Positions 32,430-43,551 are shown, counted from the stretch's first letter. The stretch: DNA of 64,000 bases from Candidatus Eiseniibacteriota bacterium (GCA_963792585.1 CAWBWI010000003.1:32001-96000), one strand, 5' to 3'. Numbers and translations: made by a program. The notes: generated by a model from the sequence alone, not told the origin.

Positions 32430-32658
32430 GGCTGGTGTCGTACCTCCAACAGCGTTCGGCCCGGGATGGGTCAGGACCGCTTGTAGGCTTGAGTTCGAAG
32501 GGATAAGCCCGAAACGGATTGCTCGGTGTTGCGTCCGGGCAACAGGACGAAACCCAGGTGATCGGGCCGGGGCTTCGTGGACATTGGTGGGGCGTCTCAA
32601 ACGGCACGACGCTACTATCGCGAATCCCGGGGCCGAGTCACTGACGGAGGTACAGATC

Positions 32659-33085
32659 ATGCGGCGGCGGGTACTCGCGGCGGGGATCGCCTTCCTGGCG
32701 GTCTCTGCGTGTGCTGGCGCGGACCCAGCGGGATCGGTCGAGTCCGTGGCACCGCCGACGTCCGCCTCGCCCACGTCGCCGTCGGCTTTGCCCTCCGAGC
32801 TCACCGGTCCGGTGGTCGAGATCTCGCGGAGTCGCACCGCGTTCGACCTGGTCGACGCTCGAGGCCCCCGCGGACCAGGCGTTCCACATCGTCTTCACGA
32901 AGAGCGAACTCCTCACACCGCACAACATCGAGATCAGCGACGCGCCGGCAAGCGGCGTGTTCATGGGCCCAGTGTTCGATGGCGTGGCGACCCGGACCTA
33001 CGATGTGCCGGCGCTTGCCGCCGGCGCCTACACCTTCAAATGCACGGTCCACCCGGAGATGAAGGGGACGCTGACCGCCGATTGA
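32659..33085 (+). CDS. Cupredoxin (plastocyanin-like) lipoprotein; frameshift near 32865
   Basis: Lipobox VSAC; PHNI...YTFKCTVHPEMKG type-1 Cu ligands. Confidence 0.85.
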
Positions 33086-33108
33086 CGGCCGCGGCGCGTC
33101 GATGACGG

Positions 33109-33859
33109 TCAGTCTGGGTTCACGAGCTCGATCCGGATCCGCTTGTTGATGCGACCCTTGGATTCGTAGCCGGTCACCCGGATGCCGCCGACCTCGCGGG
33201 TGTTCGCGACGTGCGTGCCGCCGTCGGCCTGCAGGTCCAGGCCCGACGATCTCGATCGTCCGGATCTCCTCGATCCCGGGCGGCAGGAGGTTGACCTTTG
33301 TCCGGATCAGGTCGGGGATGGCGAACGCCTCGTCGCGCGGCAGGACGTTGACGCGGACGTCGCGCGCGTTCGCGAGCTCCTCGTTCACGGTGGCCTCGAT
33401 GGCGTCGACCAGATCACCGGACATCGTCTCGAACTCGAAGTCCATCCGGCCGGAGCCCGGCTCCATGTTCCCGCCGGTGACCAGCGCGCCGTAGTCGCGC
33501 CAGACGACGCCGCACAGGGCGTGGAGGGCCGTGTGCGTGCGCATCAGCGCGATCCGGCGCGCCCAGTCCAGGTCCACCTGCAGCGCGTCCCCGACCGCGG
33601 GCGGGTCGCCGTCGGCGGGCTCCAGCTCGTGGACGATCTCGGCGCCGACCTTCTTCGCCCCGCGCACGGTCCAGGTCCGACCGTCACTCGCGCGGAGGAG
33701 CAGACCCCGGTCTGACGGCTGGCCGCCGCCGCCCGGGTAGAACACGGTCCGATCCAGCACGACGACGGTCGCATCACCGACCTCGACATGCCGGACGGTC
33801 GCCCCGATCGACCGGGCGTAGGCATCGGAGTAGCAGAGCTGCTCGCCGGCCGGGGTCAC
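33109..33859 (-). CDS. alaX: AlaX-M alanyl-tRNA editing protein; frameshift near 33240
   Basis: LDRTVFYPGGGGQPSD; MRTHTALHAL; DGGTHV. Confidence 0.92.
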
Positions 33860-33918
33860 GGGGTGGTGCTCACGAGGTCGGTGTCACGGGGTCGGACGCG
33901 TCAGCCGTTCGCCCGGCC

Positions 33919-34396
33919 TCACTGGACCGTGAGCTCTCCGACCATCGGGGGGTGGACGGTACAGACGAACTTGTAGGTCCCGGCGGCCAGCGGCGGAACC
34001 GAGTAGACACGCTTGTCCACCCCGTTGAAGGTCTCCCCGGTGAAGACCGCGTTCCCGCTCCCGTCCTGGATGACCACGTTGTGCGGGATCCCGAGATCGT
34101 CGTTCTGGAAGTCGATCTGGAAGGCCGTATCCGCCGGGGCGCTCAGCTCATCGGTGTCGAAGGCGATGTTGAGGGCGGAGATCTGCACGACGGGTCCACT
34201 CGGCGCGCCCGACGGCTCTCCGCTCGGGGCCAGCGTCGCTGGGCGCCGCCGAGGCATCGGCAGATGCGCTGGGCTCCACGCTCGGCAAGGGCGTCACCGA
34301 CGGCGCGGGCGCATAGGTCCAGCCCGGGGCAGACGCGCTGCAGGCGGCGAGCGCCAGGGCTCCGATGGTCAGAACGAGCGGGCGGGCGAGTCGCAT
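33919..34396 (-). CDS. Cupredoxin lipoprotein; frameshift near 34240
   Basis: Lipobox LAAC; PHNV...YKFVCTVHPPMVG. Confidence 0.87.
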
Positions 34397-34684
34397 GGGT
34401 GGGCGATACCTCTGTACGGACGCGAGGGATCGGCAGGCCGTTGGCGGCCAGCCGCGAGAGATGTCGGAGGGGAATCTACCGCGTTCCTGTCGGAGTGGAC
34501 ATCGCGCGTCCCGTCGATCGAGTGGCGACCCGCCTCGTCGACCGGTACCTCCGGCCCAGTACCCACCCGTACCATCGTCCGGATTGCCCCCGGACCTTCG
34601 CGGGACTAGTCTCCGCTCCCCTGCCCCGAATCGGGGAGCGTCGCCGGACGTGGCGACCACAGCGCATCGGAGCCCACCGAACCC

Positions 34685-34784
34685 ATGACCAACCGACTCG
34701 CCACCCGCGCCTGGCAGCATGGCCACCGTCCTCGGCCCGATCCTCGCGATCGCCCTGACCCTGGTCGCCGGTCGCCGCTGGTAA
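34685..34784 (+). CDS. Hydrophobic micropeptide ...MATVLGPILAIALTLVAGRRW (21 aa from ATG 34719, or about 32 aa from ATG 34685 with one indel)
   Basis: GGAG RBS about 12 nt before 34685; GC3-rich codons; followed by a strong terminator. Confidence 0.6.
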
Positions 34785-34849
34785 CCGACCTCGCCTCATC
34801 CAGCGCCGATCGTCGGCCGGAACCCATCCGACCGACGACCGTCCTCATT

Positions 34850-34886
34850 CGAGACCCGGAGACCTCCCTCCGGGTCTCGTTCTTTG
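34850..34886 (+). terminator. Intrinsic terminator
   Basis: CGAGACCCGGAG-ACCTCC-CTCCGGGTCTCG 12-bp stem followed by TTCTTTG. Confidence 0.8.
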
Positions 34887-34918
34887 TGCCGTCACGGTCC
34901 CAGACTGGCGCCATCGCC

Positions 34919-37900
34919 CTAGGGTCGGTCGGTCAGGCCCAGCCGGATCGCGACGGCGGCGGCCTCGACGCGTCCTGACACGCCGAGCTTGCTCAGGATG
35001 TTGCCGACGTGGACGCCGACCGTCTTCTGGCTGATGAACAGGCGCTCCCCGATCTCGCGGTTCGTCCGCCCTCGCGCGATCTGCGCGAGGACTTCGCGCT
35101 CGCGACCGCTCAGTCCGAACGTGTCGCGCCGCGCCTGGCCATCGGGCGGACCGGCCGAGCCCGCGCACCAGGGCTGAGGCTTCGCCGCCGCTCGCGGCGA
35201 ACCGTCCATCGGGCCTGCCGTCACCGGAGTCGCGATGACCCCGACCAGGGCCGGGCGGACATCGTCGCGACCGCCGAGCCGCACGTCGACCTCCGCCGGG
35301 ATCGTGATCAGGGCGCGATGGGCCAGCTCGCGCAGCTCTCGGAGCAGCGGCAGGGCGCCCAACTCCAGGGCGGCGTCGATGGCCTCGATGAGTGGCGCGC
35401 GCGCGTCGCGCCGACCGGCCCGGCCCGCACCGGAGCCGAGCATCGCCTCCGCTTCGCGCCAGCGAGCCCGGGCTGTCTCGTAGGGGATCCCGAGAAGCGC
35501 CCACCCGTCCGCGACGGCCTCCCAGGTGGCCGCATCGTCGCGACCATCCACGCGGCGGCGGTGGGCTCGTGCCGTGGCGAGCCAGGCATCGGCAAGCCGG
35601 CGGGACCCGAGCGTCGGCAGCACGCCGTGGCGACGGACGATCGATTCGGCCGACTTCATGACGTCCCGGGCACGCTCACGAGCCGCGGCCAGCCCCGCCA
35701 GGTCCCGGTGCTCGCGGGCCTCGGCCGCAGCGGCAGCATCCACTTCGATGACGGTCGCGGCCGTCCGCGCGGCCAGGATCCAGTCCTCGGTCTCCTGGGC
35801 CAGGCGCCAACCCCGCTCGGAGGCCCGCCGGGCATCGGCGATGTCGCCGCGCCAGAGCGCGAACGAGGCCGCGGCCAGGTGCAGTGGGACGGCCTGCTGG
35901 GCATCGCGGACGGCCTCGAGCTCCAGCATCGTCTGGCCCAGTAGCCGCCCGGCGGGCTCGCCGGCGGACAATTCGATCTCGACCGTGGCCAGGGCCACCA
36001 TCGTGTTGAGGAAGTTGACTCCGGCGGGCAGCCATTCGAGCGCCGTCATGCTCAGGGCGCGCGCCTCCTGCCAGCGACCCAGCAGGAACAGCGAGTCGGC
36101 GGCGTTGCCGCGCAGGAAGTTCCCGTAGACGGCTTCGAGGCCGGCGGATCGGGCCGCCTCGATCCCCTCGGACGCCACGGCCACGGCCTCCTCGTGGCGA
36201 CCGGCCAGGTCCAGCACGGTCGTGAGGTTCGCGTAGACCCGGAACAGCTCATCGAGGTCGCCGAGCTCCTCGGCCATCGCGCGCGCCTGGCGCAGCATCG
36301 CGACCGCGGCCTCCGGGTCCGCGCGCCAGCCGAGCGACACGCCAAGGGTCGTCGTGGCGTGCAGTTCCCACGTGCGAGCGGGCGGATCGCAGGCGCGAGC
36401 AAGCCGGATCGCCTCGCGTGACAGCCGCTCCGCGTCGGAGAACGTGCCCTCCAGCATGCGCACCTGAGCGAGTCCGGCGACGACGGCGGCTCGAGCCGGT
36501 GAGGGTCCGGTCGGGACCAACTCGACGGCGCGACGGCGAGCGGCCAGGGCGCCCTCGGCATCGCCCGCCACGCGTCGGAACTGGCCCAGGCGGTCGTACG
36601 TGAGTCCGAGTCGAGCCCGATCGCGCCGGGCGTCCGACGTCGCGATCACGGCATCGAGGTAGGCCGCCGCCCGGCCGACGCGTCCTGCGGCGAAGGCGGC
36701 TTCGGCCGCCCGCCGGCCCAGGTCCGCGAGGTCGGATCGGGCGGTCCGGGCGCCGCGGCCAGCCTCCGCCGTCCCCCGGATCGAGATCGCGAGCTCCAGC
36801 GCCGCGAGCTCGTCCGCCGGCGCGTCCACGACTGCCGCCGCATCCGCGGCCGCGACGGCCGCCGCACCGGCCGCCGGCGCGTCATGGGCGATCAGGTGGT
36901 GGTGCATGGCCATGAACGGGTGATCGGACATGGCGGCCGCCACGGCGGCATGATGGCGCACGCGGGTGGTCGGCAGCAGGTCCGCCTCGATCGCCCGGCC
37001 GACGAGCTCGTGCCGGAGCAGCAGGCCGTCGGGCCCATCCACCACGAACCCGTACTCGATGGCCTCGTCCAGGCCGGCCGTCATGTCGGCGTCCAGGACG
37101 CCGTCACCGCGCCGCGGCGCGGTGGACGAGCGCGGTGGGGCGCTCGTCGCCTCCGTCTCGAAGACCTCGGCGCGTCGCGACCAGGGCGGCCGGCGTCATG
37201 GGTCGACCGGCCGGGGCGAGTAGTCGGAGCACGCGCCGGCACTCGGGCGAGCGCGCGGCGACCCGCGCCAGGACGAGGTCCTCGAACGACGAGGTCAGGG
37301 ACACCGTCGGCAACTCGCGCCGCGCCGCGAGCAGTTCCTCGGCCAGCAGCGGGCGGCCGGCCGACCGCTCGGCGACGATCACCAGGACGCTGGCCGATGG
37401 TCGCTCGCCCTCGATCGACTCGATCGATCCGGGCGAGATCGTCACGGCCCAGGGGCCCCAGCGTCATCCGCCCGGGTGGCCGGGGCGCCGCGGCCAGCGC
37501 GCCCAGGTCCATGGCCCACGGGTCGTCGCGGCGGATCGCATCGCCCTGATAGGTCCCGACGATGGCCAGTCGCTGGGCGCGGGCGATCCGGGCCAGGAAG
37601 CTGACCAGGGTCCGCGTGCCGGCATCCGCCCGATGGAGATCCTCCATCACGAGCAGCACCGGCCGGCGCTCGCTCGAGACGCGTGACGACCCCGAGGACG
37701 CCCTCCAGCAATCGCGCCTGGCGTCGCTCGGGCACGGTCGTGAGCCTCGCTTGGCGGTCCGGATCCGTCCCCATGCGGTCCCCGAGCTCCGGCAGCAACC
37801 GCACGAGCTCGTCCGTGGCCGAGCCGACCACGTCGCGAAGCTCGGCATCCGGGAGGTCCGCGAGCACCGGGCGCAGCGCCCGGATCAGGGGGGCGTACGG

Positions 37901-38131
37901 GCGGTCGGTCCCGGGACCGTATGCGCCGCCGCGCACGACCAGCATCGGCTCCCGGATGGCGGCCACGCGCCGGATCGCCTCGTCGATGAAACGGGTGGCG
38001 CCGACGCCCGCCGTGCCGTCGACCATGAGCGCGCCGGCATCGCCGGCGGATGCCGACTGGAGCAGCGACGCGAGCCGGGTGAACGCGTCCTCTCGCCCGA
38101 CGAACCGCGCACTCGTGTAGGTGGCGGGCAT
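34919..38131 (-). CDS. Large MalT/LAL-type regulator: AAA_16 ATPase, TPR-like region, LuxR HTH; frameshifts
   Basis: FVGREDAF...DGTAGVGAT (degenerate Walker A); LLVMEDLHRAD; LSGREREVLAQIARGRTNREIGERLFISQKTVGVHVGNILSKL. Confidence 0.92.
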
Positions 38132-38220
38132 GCCGGCCATTCTAGGGGTCTGCCGCCGGCGCGGTCACTCGCCGTCACCGTCGGCCGACGCGGCGACCGC
38201 GCTCGGCTACGCTGCACCGC

Positions 38221-39166
38221 GTGACCGACGACCGCCGCGCCCCCCATCCCGCCAACGAGCTGAACGACCTGCCCGGTGAGGAGTGGCTGTACTTCACCAA
38301 GTCGGTGCTGACCACCGCGTATCCGTCCGAGCTCGGACACGTCGCGCGCAAGGCCCATGGCGCGAACAAGCCGCCCAGGCTGATGGCCCGGCTGATCGAG
38401 TTCTTCAGCCGGACCGGCGAGCTCGTCCTGGACCCGTTCGCCGGCGTCGGCGGGACCCTGCTGGGTGCGGCCATCGCCCGCGGACCCCGGCACGCCCTGG
38501 GCATCGAGCTCGATCCGCGCTGGGTCGCGATCCACGAACGGGTCGTGGCCGAGCTCCTCGCCGAGCGTGACGGCGCCGGGCCGCTGATCGCGGACCTCGG
38601 CACGGCCGACCCGGGAGGTCCGCGCGGGTTCGATCCATCGGGCCTGGAGCTTCGCCTCGGCGACGCGCTGACGGTCCTGCCGACCCTGGCCGAGCGCTCG
38701 ATCGACTTCGTCGCGACCGACCCGCCCTACAACATCCAGCTGCCGCTCACGATGGCCGGTGGTGCGCTCGCCGAGACGCATGCCAATCGCCGGACCGACT
38801 ACGCGATGATCAGCGACCACCCCGACGACATCGCCAACGCGCCGGACTACGGGACCTTCCTCGACCGGATGGAGGCGGTCTTCCGGGAGCTCTACCGGGT
38901 CCTGCGTGTCGGACGCTACGCCGTCGTCATCGTCCGGGACGCCTACCAGGACGGCCGCTACCAGTTCGTCGGGTCGGACCTCGCCGGGCGGGCGGCCGCC
39001 GGTCGGGTTCGTACCGAAGGGCGACCTCATCTGGCACCAGGCCGGGACACGGCTGCGGCCGTACGGCTATCCGCGGGTGTTCGTCCCGAACATCGCCCAC
39101 CAGCACATCCTGGTGCTGCGGCGCGAGGCGGACCAGGGTCAGGCGCGCCGCCGACTCTCGAGGTAG
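38221..39166 (+). CDS. Orphan N6-A/N4-C DNA methyltransferase; frameshift near 39000
   Basis: HGANKPPRL...VLDPFAGVGGT (motif I), then TDPPY (motif IV). Confidence 0.85.
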
Positions 39167-40818
39167 GCGGCGAGCACGTCACCGTCGACGTCCTCGCCCA
39201 TCGTCCAGGTCTCGGACGACGATCGGCATCGTCGCCGTCGGGGAGGACGGCGTCTGCCCGCCGCCGACGACCTCGCCGAGGGTCATCTTGTGGATCCATC
39301 CCTGGCTGCCATCCGGGCAGAGAACGAGCCAGTAGACGCCGTGCTTCTCGAGCAACTGGACCTCGTCGCCCTGGTCGAGGAACCCGATCTCGCCACCGCG
39401 CAGCTCATCGGGCATGTCCAGCAGGCGAACGAGGGTGTACCGGATCAGCCGACGCTCGCGACCGTCCAGCGGGCCGACCAAGCCGTGATCGAACGTGAGC
39501 CGGGGGGCTGCGGGAGCCGCATCGCGGATCGGGTCGGCCTTGCGCGCCTCCATCAGCGACGGCCGACGCCACCGCGGCATCGCCATCTCGAGGTCGATGG
39601 GGCCGGGCGCGGCAGCCGGGACCACGACGCCCGTCGGGATGGTCGCGACGGCCCCCGCGGCGACGCCCATCCCGCTGGCCGCAGCGAGCGCGAGCACCTC
39701 GTCGGGCGCCGGCTGCTCACCGTCCCGACGCCGCTTCCCGAAGAGCCCGAACGCCATCGCCATCGTCACCACCCCGGTCGTCGTGACCATCGTGGCGAAG
39801 AGGCTGAGAGGCACCGTCGGAGCGTTACCTCCCAGGGCGGACATCGCCGTCGCGAGGATGCCGGACGGGTCGACGCCTCCGCCCCCGGCGTCGTCCGTCC
39901 CGGATCCACTCACCGAGTTCGGATCGCCACCGTTGCCATCGCCACCCGGGACTCCGTCAGGAGCGGCGCCTTCGACGCCCGGTACCGCCGCGACCGTCCG
40001 CCGCCAGGGCCGTCGATGGATCCACCGGTCGTGCCGGGCACGACCACGCCGATCGCCCCGTCGCTCGGTTCGGGCGAATCACCGGGCAGGATCCCGTAGC
40101 CGGTCGGCGACAGCGATCCATCCGGGCGCTCCGGTCCGTCGGTCGAGGTGGCACCGTCGGTCGGAGTCGATCGTCGGGGTCGACCCGCCGGGAGGGCTCG
40201 TCGGCGTCGCCTCGGTCGATCGGTCGGTCGGGGGGTGGCCTTGGCAGTCGGCTCCGGAGTCGGGGTCGGCTTCGCGGTGGGCTTCGGGGTCGGCTTGGGC
40301 GTGGGGGTGGGTTTCGGGGTGGGCTTCGGCGTGGGGGTGGGTTTCGGGGTCGGCTTGGGGTGGGCGTGGGGGTTGGGGGGACCGTGACGGTCACCGTGCC
40401 CGCGCCCAGGCTGTCGTCGAACCGGTCGCGGCTCATCGCCTCGAACGTCACGGCGTGCTTGCCCGCGGGCAGCGTGCCAGACCAGCCGAAGGTGACACTC
40501 GCGCTTCCAGTCCGAGCCGCCGGTCTTCTGCATCGCATGCGTGGCTCCGGCGACCCGGACCCGCACCCAGTCGGCGGGCGACCCTTCGCGGTTCCGATAC
40601 GAGACGGTGAAGCGGATCGTCGTTGCCGTGGTCCCGGTGCCCGGCGAGACGGCACCGTCGAAGAGTCGGGTCGGACCGGCGCCACCGGAGGCCGGCGCGG
40701 CAAGCACGAGGAGCATCGCCACGACCGTGATCCAGCTGACCGCCACGGGCAGCCCACGCCGGCCCGCTCGAGCGGTGGCGCTTGGCGGCGAGGCGTGGCG
40801 GCGATGGAAGAAGCGCAC
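39139..40818 (-). CDS. Secreted/membrane protein with PT-rich linker, TM helix and C-terminal SH3-like domain; frameshifts
   Basis: Signal-like hydrophobic segment; (PKPT/PTPT)n; [33 protein letters not shown]. Confidence 0.65.
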
Positions 40819-41083
40819 GGAATTGCCTCCGGCCGGGGCTGGGGCCCGGATCCCTGCTCGCGAGGATGGCCCGCGCCGGAGAGGCCGGGCAATGGTACGG
40901 GGGTCCGGTCCGTCCACCGCCGACCGGGCACGTCTCCGCGGGTCCGACGAGGCCGTCGGTGCGGCCAGGCACCACTCGTGGTCGGTCCGGTGCGGTCGGG
41001 GGTGGACGTTGGTCCCACCGTCCCACGGGCTTACCCCGGTTCGGCCATTGGCGGTCATGCGGGCCGCCACCGAGGATGGCCGC

Positions 41084-41836
41084 ATGGAGGTCATCTCGCC
41101 GCCAAGCGCTATCGAGCGCCCATCCGTCGTTCCGGTCATCGGCGGGACCCTCGTGGGGACCCTCCTGGTGGTCGGCGGGATCGTGCTGGCCTACGTCGTC
41201 CTCGCGACCCCACTCCTCTCGCAGGTCGTCCCGGCCGGCCGACTCGGCGCCGGGGAGATGGCCATCGGGATGGGCATCTGGGCAGCCGCCCTCGTCGCCC
41301 CCGCCGCCTTCATCCTGCTCGGGACGACCCGACTCGCGCGGATCCTGGGCCGGGCCCGACGGCGGATGCCGCGGCGCTCGGTGCTCCAACGGGCGATCGG
41401 GACCCTGCCCGACGGCGTCGTCCTGGCGAGTGGGCTGACGCTCCCCGACGGGCGCGGCATCTCCGAGCTGCTCGTGGGGCCGTTCGGTGCTGCCGTGATC
41501 CGCGAACTGCCGCCCGCCGGCGCCACGCGCGTGCGCAACAGCCATTGGGAGGCGCGCACGGCGCGGGGCTGGATCCAGCTGGAGAATCCGCTCGAACGGG
41601 CGACCCGCGACGCCGAGCGCGTCCGACGGTGGCTGGGGCATGACGATGCGGACTTCGTGGTGAAGACCTACGCGGCGGTGGTCGGGCCGGCTCCGACGAT
41701 CGCCAGGACCGCAGGTTGTGCCGTTCTGAGCCCGGACCAGCTGGCGGCCTGGGTCGCGGCCCTGCCCGCTCAACGCAGCCTCACGCCCGGACGCATCGAA
41801 CGTATGCTGGAGGTCGTTCGCGAGGCCGCTGTCTGA
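41084..41836 (+). CDS. Membrane protein with NERD-like C-terminal domain
   Basis: Two TM helices, then [16 protein letters not shown]...ENPLERA (degenerate NERD pattern). Confidence 0.55.
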   Translation: MEVISPPSAIERPSVVPVIGGTLVGTLLVVGGIVLAYVVLATPLLSQVVPAGRLGAGEMAIGMGIWAAALVAPAAFILLGTTRLARILGRARRRMPRRSVLQRAIGTLPDGVVLASGLTLPDGRGISELLVGPFGAAVIRELPPAGATRVRNSHWEARTARGWIQLENPLERATRDAERVRRWLGHDDADFVVKTYAAVVGPAPTIARTAGCAVLSPDQLAAWVAALPAQRSLTPGRIERMLEVVREAAV

Positions 41837-42133
41837 TCCGCGGCGCGCGGGTTGACTCGCGGTGACCCGGTCCGATCCGCGGCGAGGGTGCCCTGATCTG
41901 CGGCGCGCGGGTTGACCCGCCAGGCCGAACCTCGTCACGTGCTGACGGGGGCCGCAGGTGACGGAAACCCGGGGCGACGCAGGCTTCGAACCTCGCCACC
42001 TGCTGACGTGGGCCGCAGGTGACGACGCTGGCGGGTCCGCCGGCCAGGGAACGAGCGTGGCCACCGTCTCCCGGAGCGCCGCCGCGGCCCCGAACCTCGT
42101 CACGTGCTGACGGGGGCCGCAGGCGGCGGAAAC
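41833..42133. repeat. Composite REP-like cluster: 2 copies of CTGATCYGCGGCGCGCGGGTTGAC (41833, 41893) and 3 copies of a ~40-bp hairpin unit CGAACCTCGYCACSTGCTGACGKGGGCCGCAGGYGRCG (41926, 41987, 42091)
   Basis: Direct comparison of copies; stem TCGYCACCTGC/GCAGGTGACGA; lies between convergent genes. Confidence 0.85.
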
Positions 42134-42144
42134 GCGGCCAGTTG

Positions 42145-43011
42145 CTAGCCGACCGGGATCACCAGGACGTACTTCCCGTCCTTGCCGGGGTACTTCCCGG
42201 TCGGGCGACGCCACTTGAGGTAGTCCTCGCGGAGCTGCTTGACCGTGATGCGCTGGTTCGGCTTGCGTGAGGGACCCCAGATGGAGCTGATCCGTGGATA
42301 CCACGGATCGCTCACCCAGATCCCGGCAACCTCGTAGTCGTCCGTGGAAGCGGGATCCGCGGTGGTCTCGAAGCCGTGCAGGACCCACGAGTGCGCGCCA
42401 CGCCAGACCAGCAGACCGACCGGTCGTCCGGTCGCGCGGATGGCCTCGATACCGCGCCGGACGGCCTTGCCCATCGTCGCCTCGACCACCACCTCGTAGT
42501 CGCCGGCCCCGCGCTCCGCCAGTCCGCGGGCCCATCCTTCCGGCTCGGTGCCGTCGTCACGAGCTTCGGACAGTCTCCGCGCAAGGCCGGCGAGCCTGGC
42601 CTGCGTCGCCTTCGTCCGATCGTTCTCCGGGCCGACCACGTTCAACATGATCTGCATCGCGGCGGCGACACACTGGTCCTTGGTTGCCTGGCTGGCGAAA
42701 TCGCCCTTTCCGTACAGGTTCACCTTGATCGGCCCGCTCGGGGTGGGGGAAGGGGTCGGTGTAGGAGACGGTGTCGGCGTAAGGGAGGTGGTCGGCATGG
42801 GCGTGGCTGGCGGCATCGGGGAGGTGGTCGGGGATGAGCGAGGCGTGGACGCGGGGGTCGCCACGGGGACCACTGCGGCGACGGCGGCCGGCGTGGCGAC
42901 CGCTCCGGCGACGGCGCCCGAACCGGACGGCGCACAGCCCCAGACGGACCCGAGCACCAGCAGGCTGGCGACCGTGGGCATCAGGCGACGACGTGGGGAC
43001 TCGGCAGTCAC
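42145..43011 (-). CDS. Lipoprotein with peptidase C39-like (papain-fold) domain
   Basis: VWGC lipobox-like motif, PT linker, FASQ..DQCVAAAMQIMLN, GAHSWVLHGF, WVSDPW. Confidence 0.6.
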   Translation of the reverse strand: MTAESPRRRLMPTVASLLVLGSVWGCAPSGSGAVAGAVATPAAVAAVVPVATPASTPRSSPTTSPMPPATPMPTTSLTPTPSPTPTPSPTPSGPIKVNLYGKGDFASQATKDQCVAAAMQIMLNVVGPENDRTKATQARLAGLARRLSEARDDGTEPEGWARGLAERGAGDYEVVVEATMGKAVRRGIEAIRATGRPVGLLVWRGAHSWVLHGFETTADPASTDDYEVAGIWVSDPWYPRISSIWGPSRKPNQRITVKQLREDYLKWRRPTGKYPGKDGKYVLVIPVG

Positions 43012-43041
43012 GGGAGGATCGAGGGCCCTGGATGCATTGGG

Positions 43042-43118
43042 TGGTAGGGGAGCCAGGACTCGAACCTGGAACCAGCGGGATATAAGCCCGCCGCTCTGAC
43101 CGATTGAGCTACTCCCCC
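43042..43118 (-). tRNA. tRNA-Ile, anticodon UAU
   Basis: GGGGGAG/CTCCCCT acceptor, GCTC/GAGC D arm, GCGGG/CCCGC stem with loop CT-TAT-AT, CCAGG-TTCGAGT-CCTGG T arm, A-CCA end. Confidence 0.93.
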
Positions 43119-43236
43119 AGGGTCCACGAATCTACACCCATGCCGGCGTGACCCCGTCAGGGCAGGTGCGGGTCGCGCCCGAGCCATGGCGGCACAGGGC
43201 CTCGCTCGGGTCAGGCGGGGCCGGTCCTTACGTCGG

Positions 43237-43551
43237 TCAGTCGCCGCCGAGCAGGCGGCCGGCGATCGAGCGCAGCCGCAGGGGACGTGGATGCAGACCG
43301 CCGTCGCTGGACCCGCCGTCGCGACCGGAGGAAGAGCCATTGGCGTCCTCCAGGATCGCGCCGCCAGGTGCCCAGGCGTAAGCCGGAAGGCCGGACGCGA
43401 ACTCGCGTTCGTCCTCCGTCTGGAGGGCCTCGATGGGGAGATCGTCCGGGTCGAAGGGGCGGGGGCCGGTGGCGACGACCGGTTCGGGACGGGCGTATGC
43501 CGGGGCCCCGTAGAGCTTCGGCAGCGCGACGTGCTGCTCGTCGATGGACAC
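43237..43551 (-). CDS. Hypothetical protein
   Basis: GAGG plus GTG start; VALPKLYGAPAYARP...DPDDLPIE. Confidence 0.6.
   Translation of the reverse strand: MSIDEQHVALPKLYGAPAYARPEPVVATGPRPFDPDDLPIEALQTEDEREFASGLPAYAWAPGGAILEDANGSSSGRDGGSSDGGLHPRPLRLRSIAGRLLGGD

Noticed and set aside
34685..34886. Trp attenuator leader
   Set aside because: Single terminal Trp and no co-oriented gene downstream of the terminator; the next gene is convergent
40240..40380. Tandem GGGGT repeats as a non-coding element
   Set aside because: They encode the PKPT/PTPT linker of the minus-strand protein
41926..42133. CRISPR array
   Set aside because: Only three degenerate units with irregular spacers (about 20 and 65 bp) and no cas genes; better explained as REP-like
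42900..43118. Genomic island at tRNA-Ile
   Set aside because: No duplicate of its 3' end and no integrase noticed in the window
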